A stretch of DNA of 32,000 nucleotides from the NCBI RefSeq assembly GCF_037902255.1, contig NZ_CP147990.1:4440001-4472000 (forward strand). Direction: 5' to 3'. The position numbers were made by a program, and so were the translations under genes. Shown here in pieces: positions 17,352-25,913 of the stretch; within the stretch, counting starts at the first letter, position 1, and every line of letters starts with the position of its first letter. A model generated the notes under the pieces. That model ran no database searches and was not told where the DNA came from. It worked only from the letters and a program-made list of their open reading frames with translations. The DNA comes from Candidatus Electrothrix sp. GW3-4 (GTDB lineage: Bacteria; Desulfobacterota; Desulfobulbia; Desulfobulbales; Desulfobulbaceae).

Positions 17352-18367
17352 GGGTACACCTTAAACTCCGGGTCCACATCCAGCCGGATCAGCTCCCGCA
17401 ACTGTTCCACTGTCAAAAAATCCAGATTGGTGCCGCTGTTGTAGGCAAATCCCGGGGTCACCAGTTTGCAGCCGTTGTGATCGCAATAATGCTGGGCACT
17501 GTGCTTGCCTGTGGTGGGCAGGATAGCAAAATATTTCCCCAGATCCAGGGTATTGAAACTGTCACTGCTTGTGATCATCTCTTCATGAATTTTTTCACCG
17601 GGTCGGATGCCCACGATAGGGTGTTCGCACTCCGGGCCGATTGCCTTGGCAAGGTCGGTAATCTTGTAGGAAGGAATCTTGGGAACAAAAATCTCTCCAC
17701 CTTTAGTATGTTCAATGGCCCACATCACCAAATCCACTCCATCCTGCAAACTGATATTAAAGCGGGTCATGGCGGGATCGGTGATGGGCAGAACCCCCGT
17801 TTTACGTCGATCAAGAAAAAAGGGAACCACGGAGCCTCGGCTGCCCATGACATTGCCATAACGCACCACGGTAAATTTCAGGTTACGTCCTCCGAGAATA
17901 TTGTTGGCTGCCGTGAAAAGCTTGTCAGAACACAGCTTGGTTGCACCATACAGGTTAATAGGCGCGGCTGCCTTGTCAGTGGACAGGGCCACGACCTTTC
18001 GGATATTCGGGGCATCCAAGCAGGCCTCGATAAGGTTTTGCGCCCCCAAGATGTTGGTCTTGATACATTCGAATGGATTATACTCCGCTGCAGGTACCTG
18101 CTTCAGGGCTGCGGCATGCACAACAATTTCGATCTGCTCCAATGACCTGCGCAGTCGTTCTTTATCCCTGATATCACCAATGAAATACCGCATCATCGGA
18201 TATTCCACGGTGTTGAATTCCTGCTCCATTTCATACTGCTTGAGTTCATCCCTGGAATACACAACCAGTCGCTTGACATTCGGATACCGGGCCAAGATGG
18301 TTTTGACAAGTGCCTTACCAAATGAGCCGGTCCCGCCGGTAATAATTATTGATTTGTTGTTCAGCAT
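17348..18367 (-). CDS. pseB: UDP-N-acetylglucosamine 4,6-dehydratase (inverting)
   Basis: 339 aa. IIITGGTGSFGKALV...RLVVYSRDELKQYEM...YFIGDIRDKERL...YGATKLCSDKLF is the canonical PseB/FlaA1 pattern. Confidence 0.9.
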   Translation of the reverse strand: MLNNKSIIITGGTGSFGKALVKTILARYPNVKRLVVYSRDELKQYEMEQEFNTVEYPMMRYFIGDIRDKERLRRSLEQIEIVVHAAALKQVPAAEYNPFECIKTNILGAQNLIEACLDAPNIRKVVALSTDKAAAPINLYGATKLCSDKLFTAANNILGGRNLKFTVVRYGNVMGSRGSVVPFFLDRRKTGVLPITDPAMTRFNISLQDGVDLVMWAIEHTKGGEIFVPKIPSYKITDLAKAIGPECEHPIVGIRPGEKIHEEMITSSDSFNTLDLGKYFAILPTTGKHSAQHYCDHNGCKLVTPGFAYNSGTNLDFLTVEQLRELIRLDVDPEFKVYP

Positions 18368-18411
18368 TTTTCACTTAACTCGCATTTTGATATCATTGTC
18401 TCAGACTATTA

Positions 18412-18440
18412 ATTATGGCTTTTTTCCTGACTTATCACAA
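18412..18440 (-). promoter_or_regulatory. Candidate sigma70-type promoter for the pse operon
   Basis: On the minus strand: TTGTGA (18440-18435), a 17-nt spacer, then CATAAT (18417-18412). This is ~45 nt upstream of the pseB ATG and only 11 nt from the first IS-end repeat. It is a sequence match only. Confidence 0.3.
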
Positions 18441-18451
18441 TATCCACTAAT

Positions 18452-18510
18452 AAAGGGTGTTGAAAAGTACCCCTGCATAGAGCAATTTCAGTTGTCCGAG
18501 ATGCTCAATA
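18452..18510. repeat. 59-bp direct duplicate of the left terminus of the adjacent IS (18511..)
   Basis: AAAGGGTGTTGAAAAGTACCCCTGCATAGAGCAATTTCAGTTGTCCGAGATGCTCAATA occurs at 18452-18510. It occurs again at 18511-18524 plus 20081-20125 (the nested IS and one copy of its 5-bp TSD lie between). Confidence 0.85.
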
Positions 18511-18524
18511 AAAGGGTGTTGAAA

Positions 18525-20075
18525 CTCGACTATCAAGTTTTTTGAGCCTTTTTCGGGGTTCGTCTAACAATGGCAAGCTCTGTAGGATAATGAAGGCGTT
18601 GCCTCCAGTCTTCCGAGATCCCGCCCACTCATATGTTTGCTGGAAGGAACAAGCTGAAAAAACTCTTTGACTTTTTTGCCTAACTTTTCAAGCTGTTTTC
18701 CGGCATTGTCCTGCTGAAGCAGAAACTGGATAAATTCAAGCAATCCTTCCATTTGAGTTCTTCGTCGTAGGCTGCCTACGGTAAACGCAGGTAGTTTGTT
18801 ATCTATGCGGGCTGCTTGCTCTGGATGAAGAAGGAGGCAGTGGTCGAACAGTAGACTCAGAATCAGGCTTCGGCTTGATCCCTTCTCGTCAAACTGTCGG
18901 GCCTCCTGCCCCCAACCCTCGTAAAGCTTCCAGTCCTCAAAGAAAACCTCCACAAGCCATCTCAAGGTGTAGGCTCGAATAATATCCTCTGTTCGCCAGC
19001 TCATATCAGTGGCAACGAGATAACGGTAGTTCTTTTCATCTTCATATTTAACAGCAATAACAAAGCGTTTTTTACCATGCGCTTTAACATGGAGGCGAGC
19101 ACTGGCCACAGTCATTGTGATTTCTTCACCGCCCCGGACACGCACTTTACGTATTGTCCCTTTGCAGGTTACATTAAAAAAATCAGACAGATTCTTCTTT
19201 CGCCCTCGGTAATATATAATTTGGTTGGAATGAAGCTGACTTATAACCTGGCTTGTACCGAGTATGCTGCACCCCTTATCCATGAAATCACCGGTTCCGT
19301 ACAAGGCATCGGCCAGCAGGCATTGTACAGAGATTTCCGTATGATTTTGTTTGAATTCTTTAAGCAGCTCCAGTGCCAGGCTCTGTTTTGTCGGATATTC
19401 CGGATCAGGATCGGGGCTCACTGGTCTTTTCTCCTTTGGAACCCCTTTCTTGCGAAGTTTTTTATCCTCTTTCTTCCAGGCAGTTTGAACAGGGTCGGGC
19501 ATATAGAATTTGAAACCAACCGGAAAAGTAATGCTGTCCGTCACCAGAAGTAAGAGAACAACAGTTTGGCCATTAACGTAACCACCTGTTTTCTTATCTT
19601 TCTGTTTGTATGCCTTATGGATCCTTTTTGTTTTTTTACAACGGGCCCGGTCCAGCTCATCCAACACAGCAATGCCTTCTTTTATATCGTATTGTCGCAA
19701 AACAAGCTTGACACTTGCGATCAGCAGATGATCCCAGAATATTTTGCCGTGACGAAACATCCACGAAAGAGCGGCTTTTTTATATCCGCCAAAACCGGCA
19801 CGTTCAAAGCTCGCCCAGTTTATAGAGTTCATCATCAATATGCCGAAGATACAAAATGATAGCCATTTTCTCTGAATACGGGAAAGTCCGGCTTCAGGGT
19901 CATGTTTTTTCAAACTGCTGTCAAGCTCATCGACAAATGTTTTAATAAATGCAGGGGAATCGTGAAGTATGATAAGGCAATGTCATGTAAAAAGTTAATG
20001 GGATAAATGAAGAAATCCATCAACTATAACAGTTCATGCCCAACGTTGCCTAACTTTAAAAACTTGATAGTCGAG
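18525..20075 (-). mobile_element. IS4/IS701-like insertion sequence (1551 bp) nested in the terminal repeat of the 18511..21932 element
   Basis: Perfect 18-bp inverted repeats CTCGACTATCAAGTTTTT at 18525 and, as reverse complement, ending at 20075. The 5-bp TSD TGAAA lies at 18520-18524 and 20076-20080. Removing the element restores the host IS terminal repeat. Confidence 0.85.
18564..19913 (-). CDS. DDE transposase, IS4/IS701-like
   Basis: 449 aa. Candidate catalytic segments are AVLDELDRARCKK, CLLADALYG and RWLVEVFFEDWK (Y/R..E..K type). A short upstream ORF in another frame, separated at an A6 run (about 19914-19925), may be a frameshifted N-terminus. Confidence 0.7.
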   Translation of the reverse strand: MKKHDPEAGLSRIQRKWLSFCIFGILMMNSINWASFERAGFGGYKKAALSWMFRHGKIFWDHLLIASVKLVLRQYDIKEGIAVLDELDRARCKKTKRIHKAYKQKDKKTGGYVNGQTVVLLLLVTDSITFPVGFKFYMPDPVQTAWKKEDKKLRKKGVPKEKRPVSPDPDPEYPTKQSLALELLKEFKQNHTEISVQCLLADALYGTGDFMDKGCSILGTSQVISQLHSNQIIYYRGRKKNLSDFFNVTCKGTIRKVRVRGGEEITMTVASARLHVKAHGKKRFVIAVKYEDEKNYRYLVATDMSWRTEDIIRAYTLRWLVEVFFEDWKLYEGWGQEARQFDEKGSSRSLILSLLFDHCLLLHPEQAARIDNKLPAFTVGSLRRRTQMEGLLEFIQFLLQQDNAGKQLEKLGKKVKEFFQLVPSSKHMSGRDLGRLEATPSLSYRACHC

Positions 20076-20317
20076 TGAAAAGTACCCCTGCATAGAGCAA
20101 TTTCAGTTGTCCGAGATGCTCAATAAGCATTTTTTTCGTTTGTTAGTGTCACTGCAATCTGATGTCGAGCACTTTCCAGGCGGAATTCAACCTTTTTCAA
20201 AAAGCCACTATGGGCAAGGCTCTATTTTTGGACAAGCCGACTGTCAGAAACAGCAAAAATGAACAAACGGGTATTTTTGTAGCTGTAATAATTTAGATTA
20301 TTGTTTTGGTCCTTCTG

Positions 20318-21817
20318 CTATGCTGCCATTTTGAAGAGTGGCAGTTGCGGTGACTTTTTAGCAGGTATTTTTTTGCGGGTTCCTATCATTTTCAACAATA
20401 ACAAGGAAATACTGCTGAGCGTACATCGAGCTGTGATCGCGGACTGACCGCGAACCCGAACGGTTTCAAGGCCGGTTTGATGTTTTAACAGGTTGAAAGG
20501 TCGTTCAGAATTTTTGCGAATATCGTGTGCCTCCTGTATCTGCTCGACATGGTAAGGTATTCGCTGGAAAAAGCCTCTGTCTAACGGTATGCATCGACAT
20601 TGCAGACAGCTTCCTTTGAGAAGACATTCACCTGTATTTGCAGCACATTTATACTCGTGATGATTCCCTTCGACGCCTGCATACTCCATAGGAACAGAAC
20701 ATTCATCATGGCAGAAAACAGTGCCTTTGACAGCATCAACATTATCCGGTGTAGATACTGTAGAACAGGGTGGAGTTGTCACGTATACACCTGTTTTATT
20801 GTACAATGATCCGTCATTGTCATGATAGGCGGTATCGGCGGTGATGAGTTTCATCTTAACCCCCATAGCCTGCGCCACATCGACCAAAAGCGAAAGAAAG
20901 TGACTATCATGGTGGTTTGCCGGTGCAAGCAAAGATATGATCGGAAAACTATGATCAGTTTCAGCGTCAATTGCAGTTAACGTATGCAGACGATAGCCGA
21001 CTACGTACACAGATTTGTCACGCTTGTTGCGTCGTTTTCCACAGTCGCTGTCGAGATCATTGTAAATGCGTATATTTTGACCATTGATATTCAATGAAGC
21101 CAGGGGGATTTTACATTCATTGGCCAGTTCGGTAGAGTCCACTCCGTGCAGGATATGGTCACCAAGCATCCCGGACTGCAAAAAATGATGCAAAATATAA
21201 ACCGTAATATTAATTTGTTGGACAAATGTGAGGGAATTACGGAATTTGCTAAGCTGAGTATGGTCGATCATTGTTTTTTCACGCAATGACAATCCGATAA
21301 AGGCGCGATTCTGTTTGCGGTCAAGGCCGAGGTATTCTTCATCACAGAATTTTCGGTAGCTGATTTCTGGATACTTGATCGTCTTGAGCAGTTCGGCACG
21401 GAACATGTTGTGAGGGAAAAAGTCCCGCATAGCAGGACTATAGCCGTCATAAGCTAACAGGCGATTGATAATTTCGTTGTCAAGCAGCTGGTCGATAAAC
21501 TGGAGCTCTTCATCTTTGATATATTTGGCGAAACGCCTTTCGCCAAAAAGCTTTATGATACTGTTATTTTTTGATTCATTGACAATATCGGCCATCTGAT
21601 CAAGGCTGATAATCCCCTTTGTCGGAACCTGTTGCTCCACGCCGAGCAGCTGATCTGGGGTGGCTGAAATATCCTGCTTGAAATCATACTCGCCCGCGAC
21701 CTGCGCGAGGACTTTTCGAGAGATTTCCTTTTTGGTCTTACGGTTCAGCCGGTTCCAATTAGGATAGTTTTCCTTAAGCTCTTTTTGTACGAGACGTTTG
21801 ATATTTTTATTATGCAT
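20318..21817 (-). CDS. DDE transposase, IS4/IS5/IS1182 superfamily
   Basis: 499 aa. TQLSKFRNSL (DUF772-like), YRLHTLTAID, LITADTAYH and RKNSERPFNLLK (the Y-R-E-K region). It has a Cys-rich insertion before the last motif. Confidence 0.75.
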   Translation of the reverse strand: MHNKNIKRLVQKELKENYPNWNRLNRKTKKEISRKVLAQVAGEYDFKQDISATPDQLLGVEQQVPTKGIISLDQMADIVNESKNNSIIKLFGERRFAKYIKDEELQFIDQLLDNEIINRLLAYDGYSPAMRDFFPHNMFRAELLKTIKYPEISYRKFCDEEYLGLDRKQNRAFIGLSLREKTMIDHTQLSKFRNSLTFVQQINITVYILHHFLQSGMLGDHILHGVDSTELANECKIPLASLNINGQNIRIYNDLDSDCGKRRNKRDKSVYVVGYRLHTLTAIDAETDHSFPIISLLAPANHHDSHFLSLLVDVAQAMGVKMKLITADTAYHDNDGSLYNKTGVYVTTPPCSTVSTPDNVDAVKGTVFCHDECSVPMEYAGVEGNHHEYKCAANTGECLLKGSCLQCRCIPLDRGFFQRIPYHVEQIQEAHDIRKNSERPFNLLKHQTGLETVRVRGQSAITARCTLSSISLLLLKMIGTRKKIPAKKSPQLPLFKMAA

Positions 21818-22101
21818 AATGCCTGAAATGGGTAACGAATTAACATTATTAACTTTTCGTCATTATACAGGGTTTTTTCGACTTAAGCAACTGTTTTTGT
21901 GTAATATTGAAGTGTTCTTTTCAACACCCTTTAATAGGAGTCTTCGGACATTTTTAGCCTTTCTGCAAACATTATTATCACTTTCAATGAATACATAACA
22001 ATTTATTATTCAATAATAAAATCTTACGCGCGATTATATTTAGCACATCTGAGTTTTAAGATATTTCAGACGAACATGATCAATAAAATATATTGACACT
22101 T

Positions 22102-22500
22102 TCAATGGCTCCTCTGCCGATATGATATCCACCCGGACAAGTGCCCCATAATCAGCTCGGTTTTGATGCTCTTTAAGATAATTCCATAATGAAGTGAACG
22201 CTTCGGGGCTTCATCTGTCTTGGGTTTCATACGTTGCAATCAGCTTATGACGGCTTTCACCTGATTATGGATAAGTCGGACAAAGGTAGCCTCAACCCAT
22301 TCCCGAGCTTTTACGCTGCCTTTACCGTATTGAGCAAGGTCATGTAAGTAATCACAGCACAATGATAATAATCGGTTCATCCCAACGGCTAATACCCAGC
22401 ATAGTTACTCTTCCGGTCATTACCAGCAGACTTTGACGATAATCAGAAGCTGACGATACGTACCTCAATCAAGCACAGGCTGCAAACAGGTTAAAATCAT
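22102..22500 (-). pseudogene. Decayed N-terminal remnant of an IS4/IS701-like transposase
   Basis: Minus-strand translation gives MILTCLQPVLD / LRYVSSASDYRQSLLVMTGRVTMLGISRWDEP / ...GSVKAREWVEATFVRLIHNQ... in three different frames separated by stops. There is no ORF of 60 aa or more anywhere in 21999-22640. Confidence 0.4.
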
Positions 22501-22564
22501 GCCAATTTAATTCATGAGTAGTTGTTGTTGTTAAATTGAATATGCTTTTGTGGTGATAGCATAC

Positions 22565-22612
22565 GTTATACTTCATAGGCTGATTGGGTTGCGGGCAACG
22601 CACGCGTCAGTT
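22565..22612. repeat. Hairpin-containing short repeat, copy 2 (inverted)
   Basis: The reverse complement reads ACGCGTGCGTTGCCCGCAACCCAATCAGCCTATGAAGTA. It is about 75% identical to 6975-7025 over ~45 nt. The stem is retained with one mismatch. Confidence 0.65.
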
Positions 22613-22640
22613 TAAGAGATAGCATAATGCAGTCGTTATT

Positions 22641-23468
22641 TTATAATGCCGGAGCAGCATCTTCCATTAATCTTAAAACTGTTCTTATAAGTTCTATTGT
22701 ACCTCTCCTTGTACAGATAGGGTCATAAATATGATCAATGGATGACCTATTTATCATCGTAAAACCGCTAACTGAGTTTTTCATTATAGCCAAAATTTCT
22801 TTATTAGTATTTTTAATTATTTCATCTGAAGAGATATTTTTTATCCTTTTTAACCCAGAATCGATATCAACTAAATTTGTAATTTCAAACACATCGTGAA
22901 ATCCTCTATATTTCGCATTACCAAATACCAAAACAGGTTTCCCTCTTAATAATGCCTCAATACCAACAGTACCAGTAATGGTCGCAACAGCCTCACATCC
23001 ATCAATTAAGGCAAATGGATCCTCATGTAAAGAAATAAATTTAATATTTTTTGAATGTGAAAAATCATGATAAAAATACTCATCTCTATACTTATACTTA
23101 AAATCGTTCATAAATACAGAAGGATGCTCTTTAATTATTAAAGTCCAATCTTTTGGTATCTTTTCTGATAAGCATTGTATCATAATACTTTGATGAAAAA
23201 AGAACCTTCCCTCTGGGATACTCGTCCTTTCTGGTTGATAATGCAAAAATAGTACAACATATTTTCCATTGATATTTTGTATTTTATAAGATTTTTTTTC
23301 ATAAATATTCAACAGTCTCTTTTTGTAATAACTTTTCTTGATTTTTTCGACGCTGCCTTTTATCCCTCTGTAAGGAAAAAATGAAAATATTTCTTTTTTC
23401 AACGACCAACGATAACCAAAGTTTGTCTCAATCTGTTTTTTTTGATATTCAGGTATCGCATCTAAATA
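22641..23468 (-). pseudogene. C-terminal part of a KpsS/capsule-synthesis-like glycosyltransferase gene split by an IS5-family element
   Basis: Paralogous to the C-terminal half of ORF 25914..27224 (LHYQPERTS / LHLQPEMTT; IIKEHPSVF / VIKENPKQW; ATITGTVGIEALLRGKPVLVFG / ATVTGTAGWETLKIGKPVIYFG). The TTG 'start' at 23480 in the ORF track lies inside the IS. Confidence 0.8.
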
Positions 23469-25128
23469 GAGCATCCTCAAAAAGCTAACCTCTCATACAG
23501 GCAATACTGCAAGACTTGCCTTGGCATTTGTTCAAAGAACGCCAAAAATCGAGCGATAATATGATTCAGCTGGCTGCGTAAAAGTAAAAACCGTGAAAGA
23601 TATAAATTTTCAAGCTGTTCCTGCAACTTCCTGAGCAGAACCATCAGATTCATGACCAGGAAGATACAGTTGATCCATGCTTCAGAGGTTCTCTGAAGTT
23701 TTGCCCGGATGTAGTTGAGTCGGTAGCCGTTTTTTCCTTGGCCAAATTTCCCCTCAATGGGGATCCGTTCTCGACTATCCCGAATTCGTTGTGCTTTCAG
23801 TTCCCGAAGACGTTCTTTGTTTTCTTCTGTCTCTTTCGGGGACCTGCCCAATCGTTTACCACCAAATCGAATACCTTTCTCTTTGAGATATTTACGGTTT
23901 TCTCTTGTTCCGTAAATCTGATCAGCCAGTACGACTGCCGGATAGTAACCATTCCGGCGCTTGTAACTCTCCACTTGCTCACGCAAATCCGTGCCTTCGT
24001 TGAAGGCATCCCAACCAATATGATCGACAAAAGCCAAACCATCGACCATGCTCACGCTGAGTTTGGCACCGAACTCCACATTTTTACCTGCTTTCCCACG
24101 AACTATCGGTCGTACATGAGGTTGGGCAATGGAAACAATTCGGTCATCGCAGCGTCGTTTTCGTTTTTTATACATCTCATCCTGCTGGCGATACACATGC
24201 TGAATGATCCAATACTGTCGTTGTTGCTGATGGGGAAGTGGAAAAGGTGCCGTTTCAACATTGTCAAGCAACTCATCAATATATCGCAGATTTCTTCGGA
24301 TGTACTGTAATTGCTGCCGAAGTCCGCGCCGCAGAATTTTTCGGCCTGGTTTCTTTTTCTTAGCCAGATTCAGGTAGTTTTTACGGGCAAGTCTCCGATA
24401 TGTTCTGGGCTTTTTGGCGTAGTCACTCTGTTTGTACAGATCATCAATCAGCTGCTCGGAAATCTCACGAGCTTCGTTGAGTAAACTCAGATCAGTCGGG
24501 TAACGAATCGCTTGCTCAGCAACCGTTGCATCGACAAGCATTTTTCCCTTATTTTCAACGGGCTCTTCCTGACTCTCATCCTCTTTTTCGTCTTCATTTG
24601 CCGTACTTTTCTTTGAGAGAGCAAGTTTTTCCAAAATCACTTCTTCAAAAGCAGAAAAGACATCTTTTCCCATGCGCTTGCGAATTTCAACAAACAGGCT
24701 GGGAGCTAGAGGTCGCTTGTCTTGAAAACAAGAAAATCCAACAAAATATTGAAGATAGGGATTCTCCTGGATCTGAAGTACGGTTTCTTCATCACTGAGC
24801 GTCAACTTGTGCTTAATGATTAACGCGCCGATCACCAATCTGGCATCTTTGGCTGGTCGTCCTTGATGCGGGTCCAAAGTTCGATAATATCTGATGGCGA
24901 ACTCATCCCACGGAATAACTTTATGCCATTTGATCCATCTGTTTTCAGGGTTCAGTTTACCTCCAAACGGAAGGCTGAATCCTTCAAGTGTAAGCTGTCT
25001 GTCACTGGTGTACCTGATCATGTGCATGCCTTATGAGGGGGTGAACGTCAAAAACATGCATATTTTACAATATTTTTACAACTTTTTCATTTAAAATCAG
25101 CGCACTGAGGCTTTTTAAGGGCAATCTA
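23469..25128 (-). mobile_element. IS5-family insertion sequence, full copy (about 1.66 kb)
   Basis: ATCTAAATA is present at both junctions (23460-23468 and 25124-25132). The TSD is either 9 bp (IS = 23469-25123) or 4 bp AATA (IS = 23469-25128). Comparison with the remnant at 2286 favours an end at ...GGGCAATCTA. Imperfect inverted repeats lie around CCTYAAAAAGC. Confidence 0.85.
23477..25027 (-). CDS. IS5-family transposase (DUF772 N-terminal domain plus DDE)
   Basis: 516 aa. GRPAKDARLVIGALIIKHKLTLSDEETVLQIQENPYLQYFVGF is the InsH-type N-terminal domain. The ORF runs to within 8 nt of the IS end. Confidence 0.85.
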   Translation of the reverse strand: MHMIRYTSDRQLTLEGFSLPFGGKLNPENRWIKWHKVIPWDEFAIRYYRTLDPHQGRPAKDARLVIGALIIKHKLTLSDEETVLQIQENPYLQYFVGFSCFQDKRPLAPSLFVEIRKRMGKDVFSAFEEVILEKLALSKKSTANEDEKEDESQEEPVENKGKMLVDATVAEQAIRYPTDLSLLNEAREISEQLIDDLYKQSDYAKKPRTYRRLARKNYLNLAKKKKPGRKILRRGLRQQLQYIRRNLRYIDELLDNVETAPFPLPHQQQRQYWIIQHVYRQQDEMYKKRKRRCDDRIVSIAQPHVRPIVRGKAGKNVEFGAKLSVSMVDGLAFVDHIGWDAFNEGTDLREQVESYKRRNGYYPAVVLADQIYGTRENRKYLKEKGIRFGGKRLGRSPKETEENKERLRELKAQRIRDSRERIPIEGKFGQGKNGYRLNYIRAKLQRTSEAWINCIFLVMNLMVLLRKLQEQLENLYLSRFLLLRSQLNHIIARFLAFFEQMPRQVLQYCLYERLAF

Positions 25129-25756
25129 AATATGAACCATTATTTTGAGAAATAAATTTCTTGATTAACTGTTGTTCTGACTCTAATAAAGATGAATCAG
25201 GGATATTACATTTTTTATAATTCATATTGCAAACAATCTGTTCATCAACTCCTTTTACAAGCCAAAATCTCCAAGGCAAAGGAGTTTGCTGTACTATATT
25301 TACGGTTACTTGTAAATATTCAGCTGTCATTGCAAAGACCCAAAACCAAATATGATGGGGCGTTGACTGAAATAATACAATATCAGGTCTTTCCTCTTTT
25401 AATATTCTGTAACACCTGTAGATCCTTTTTTTTAAAGGATGTATTCCATTAAATATACTTAAATGCTTATTTATAAAATTTTCTCTTTCAAAAATTACAA
25501 TTGTTCGAATATCATTAATAATTTTTTTATACAAATCAAAAAAATCATTTTCTATTCTAAAAAATTTCGAATTATCATAATCATTTTCAACTTCCTTGTT
25601 TAGTATATATGTTTTAAGACCTGTTTTTTCTTGATTCCAGTCACTAGTGTTCAACAAATCTACAACAACCATTTGATTAGTTTCATTAAAAGATATCACT
25701 TCTTCTTTTAATGAATCATACGGGATTTTTCCGACAGCCAACATTATTTTTTTCAT
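25124..25756 (-). pseudogene. N-terminal part of the KpsS/capsule-synthesis-like gene split by the IS5-family element
   Basis: Paralogous to the N-terminal part of 25914..27224 (DIVLFQSTPHHIWFWVF / KIVIFQDPPHTAWEVVI). The last residues of the tracked ORF (..CP*) are IS-derived. Confidence 0.8.
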
Positions 25757-25913
25757 TATTCTAATTCTCGTAGGAGATCTCCCTGTTTCAGTTTAAGTGT
25801 AAGGAGAACGAAAGTCATGCGATACACATTCAAACGAAAGGAAGCCTGTTTAAAAAATTTACACGGCTAATTACTACCAGCCTGCCCCTTGGTATCAGTT
25901 TAAACTATACGAT

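Larger units (their letters stand above)
18511..21932 (-). mobile_element. IS4/IS5-superfamily insertion sequence (about 1.87 kb of its own sequence) carrying a nested IS
   Basis: Perfect 16-bp terminal inverted repeat AAAGGGTGTTGAAAAG at 18511 (split by the nested IS) and, as reverse complement, at 21917-21932. AATA is present on both flanks (18507-18510 and 21933-21936). Confidence 0.75.

Noticed and set aside
17477-18545. Plus-strand ORFs 17477..18145 (222 aa) and 17901..18545 (214 aa).
   Set aside because: They are antisense to pseB, whose identity is unambiguous. The second ORF runs across the promoter region into the IS terminus, which is not a plausible gene.
18452-20125. The repeated units containing GTGTTGAAAAG looked superficially like CRISPR repeats, given the GTTGAAA-type ending and ~59-nt period.
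   Set aside because: Both 59-nt units are identical over their full length, so there are no variable spacers. There are only two units. The 16-nt core recurs inverted at 21917-21932 as the opposite end of an IS that encodes a transposase. These are IS termini, not a CRISPR array.
18465-20125. A long (~49-59 bp) target-site duplication for the nested IS at 18525-20075, as seen in IS1634-type elements.
   Set aside because: The repeated 49 nt does not abut the IS on the left; AAGGGTGTTGAA intervenes. A simple 5-bp TSD (TGAAA) plus a pre-existing tandem 59-bp unit explains the sequence exactly.
23738-24310. Plus-strand 190-aa ORF inside the IS5-family element. The same applies to other long antisense ORFs within transposases: 7808..8308, 31466..31966, 19077..19553, 2723..3026 and 7427..7789.
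   Set aside because: They are antisense to the transposase or element ORFs and have no motifs. Where duplicated, this is only because the host element is duplicated.
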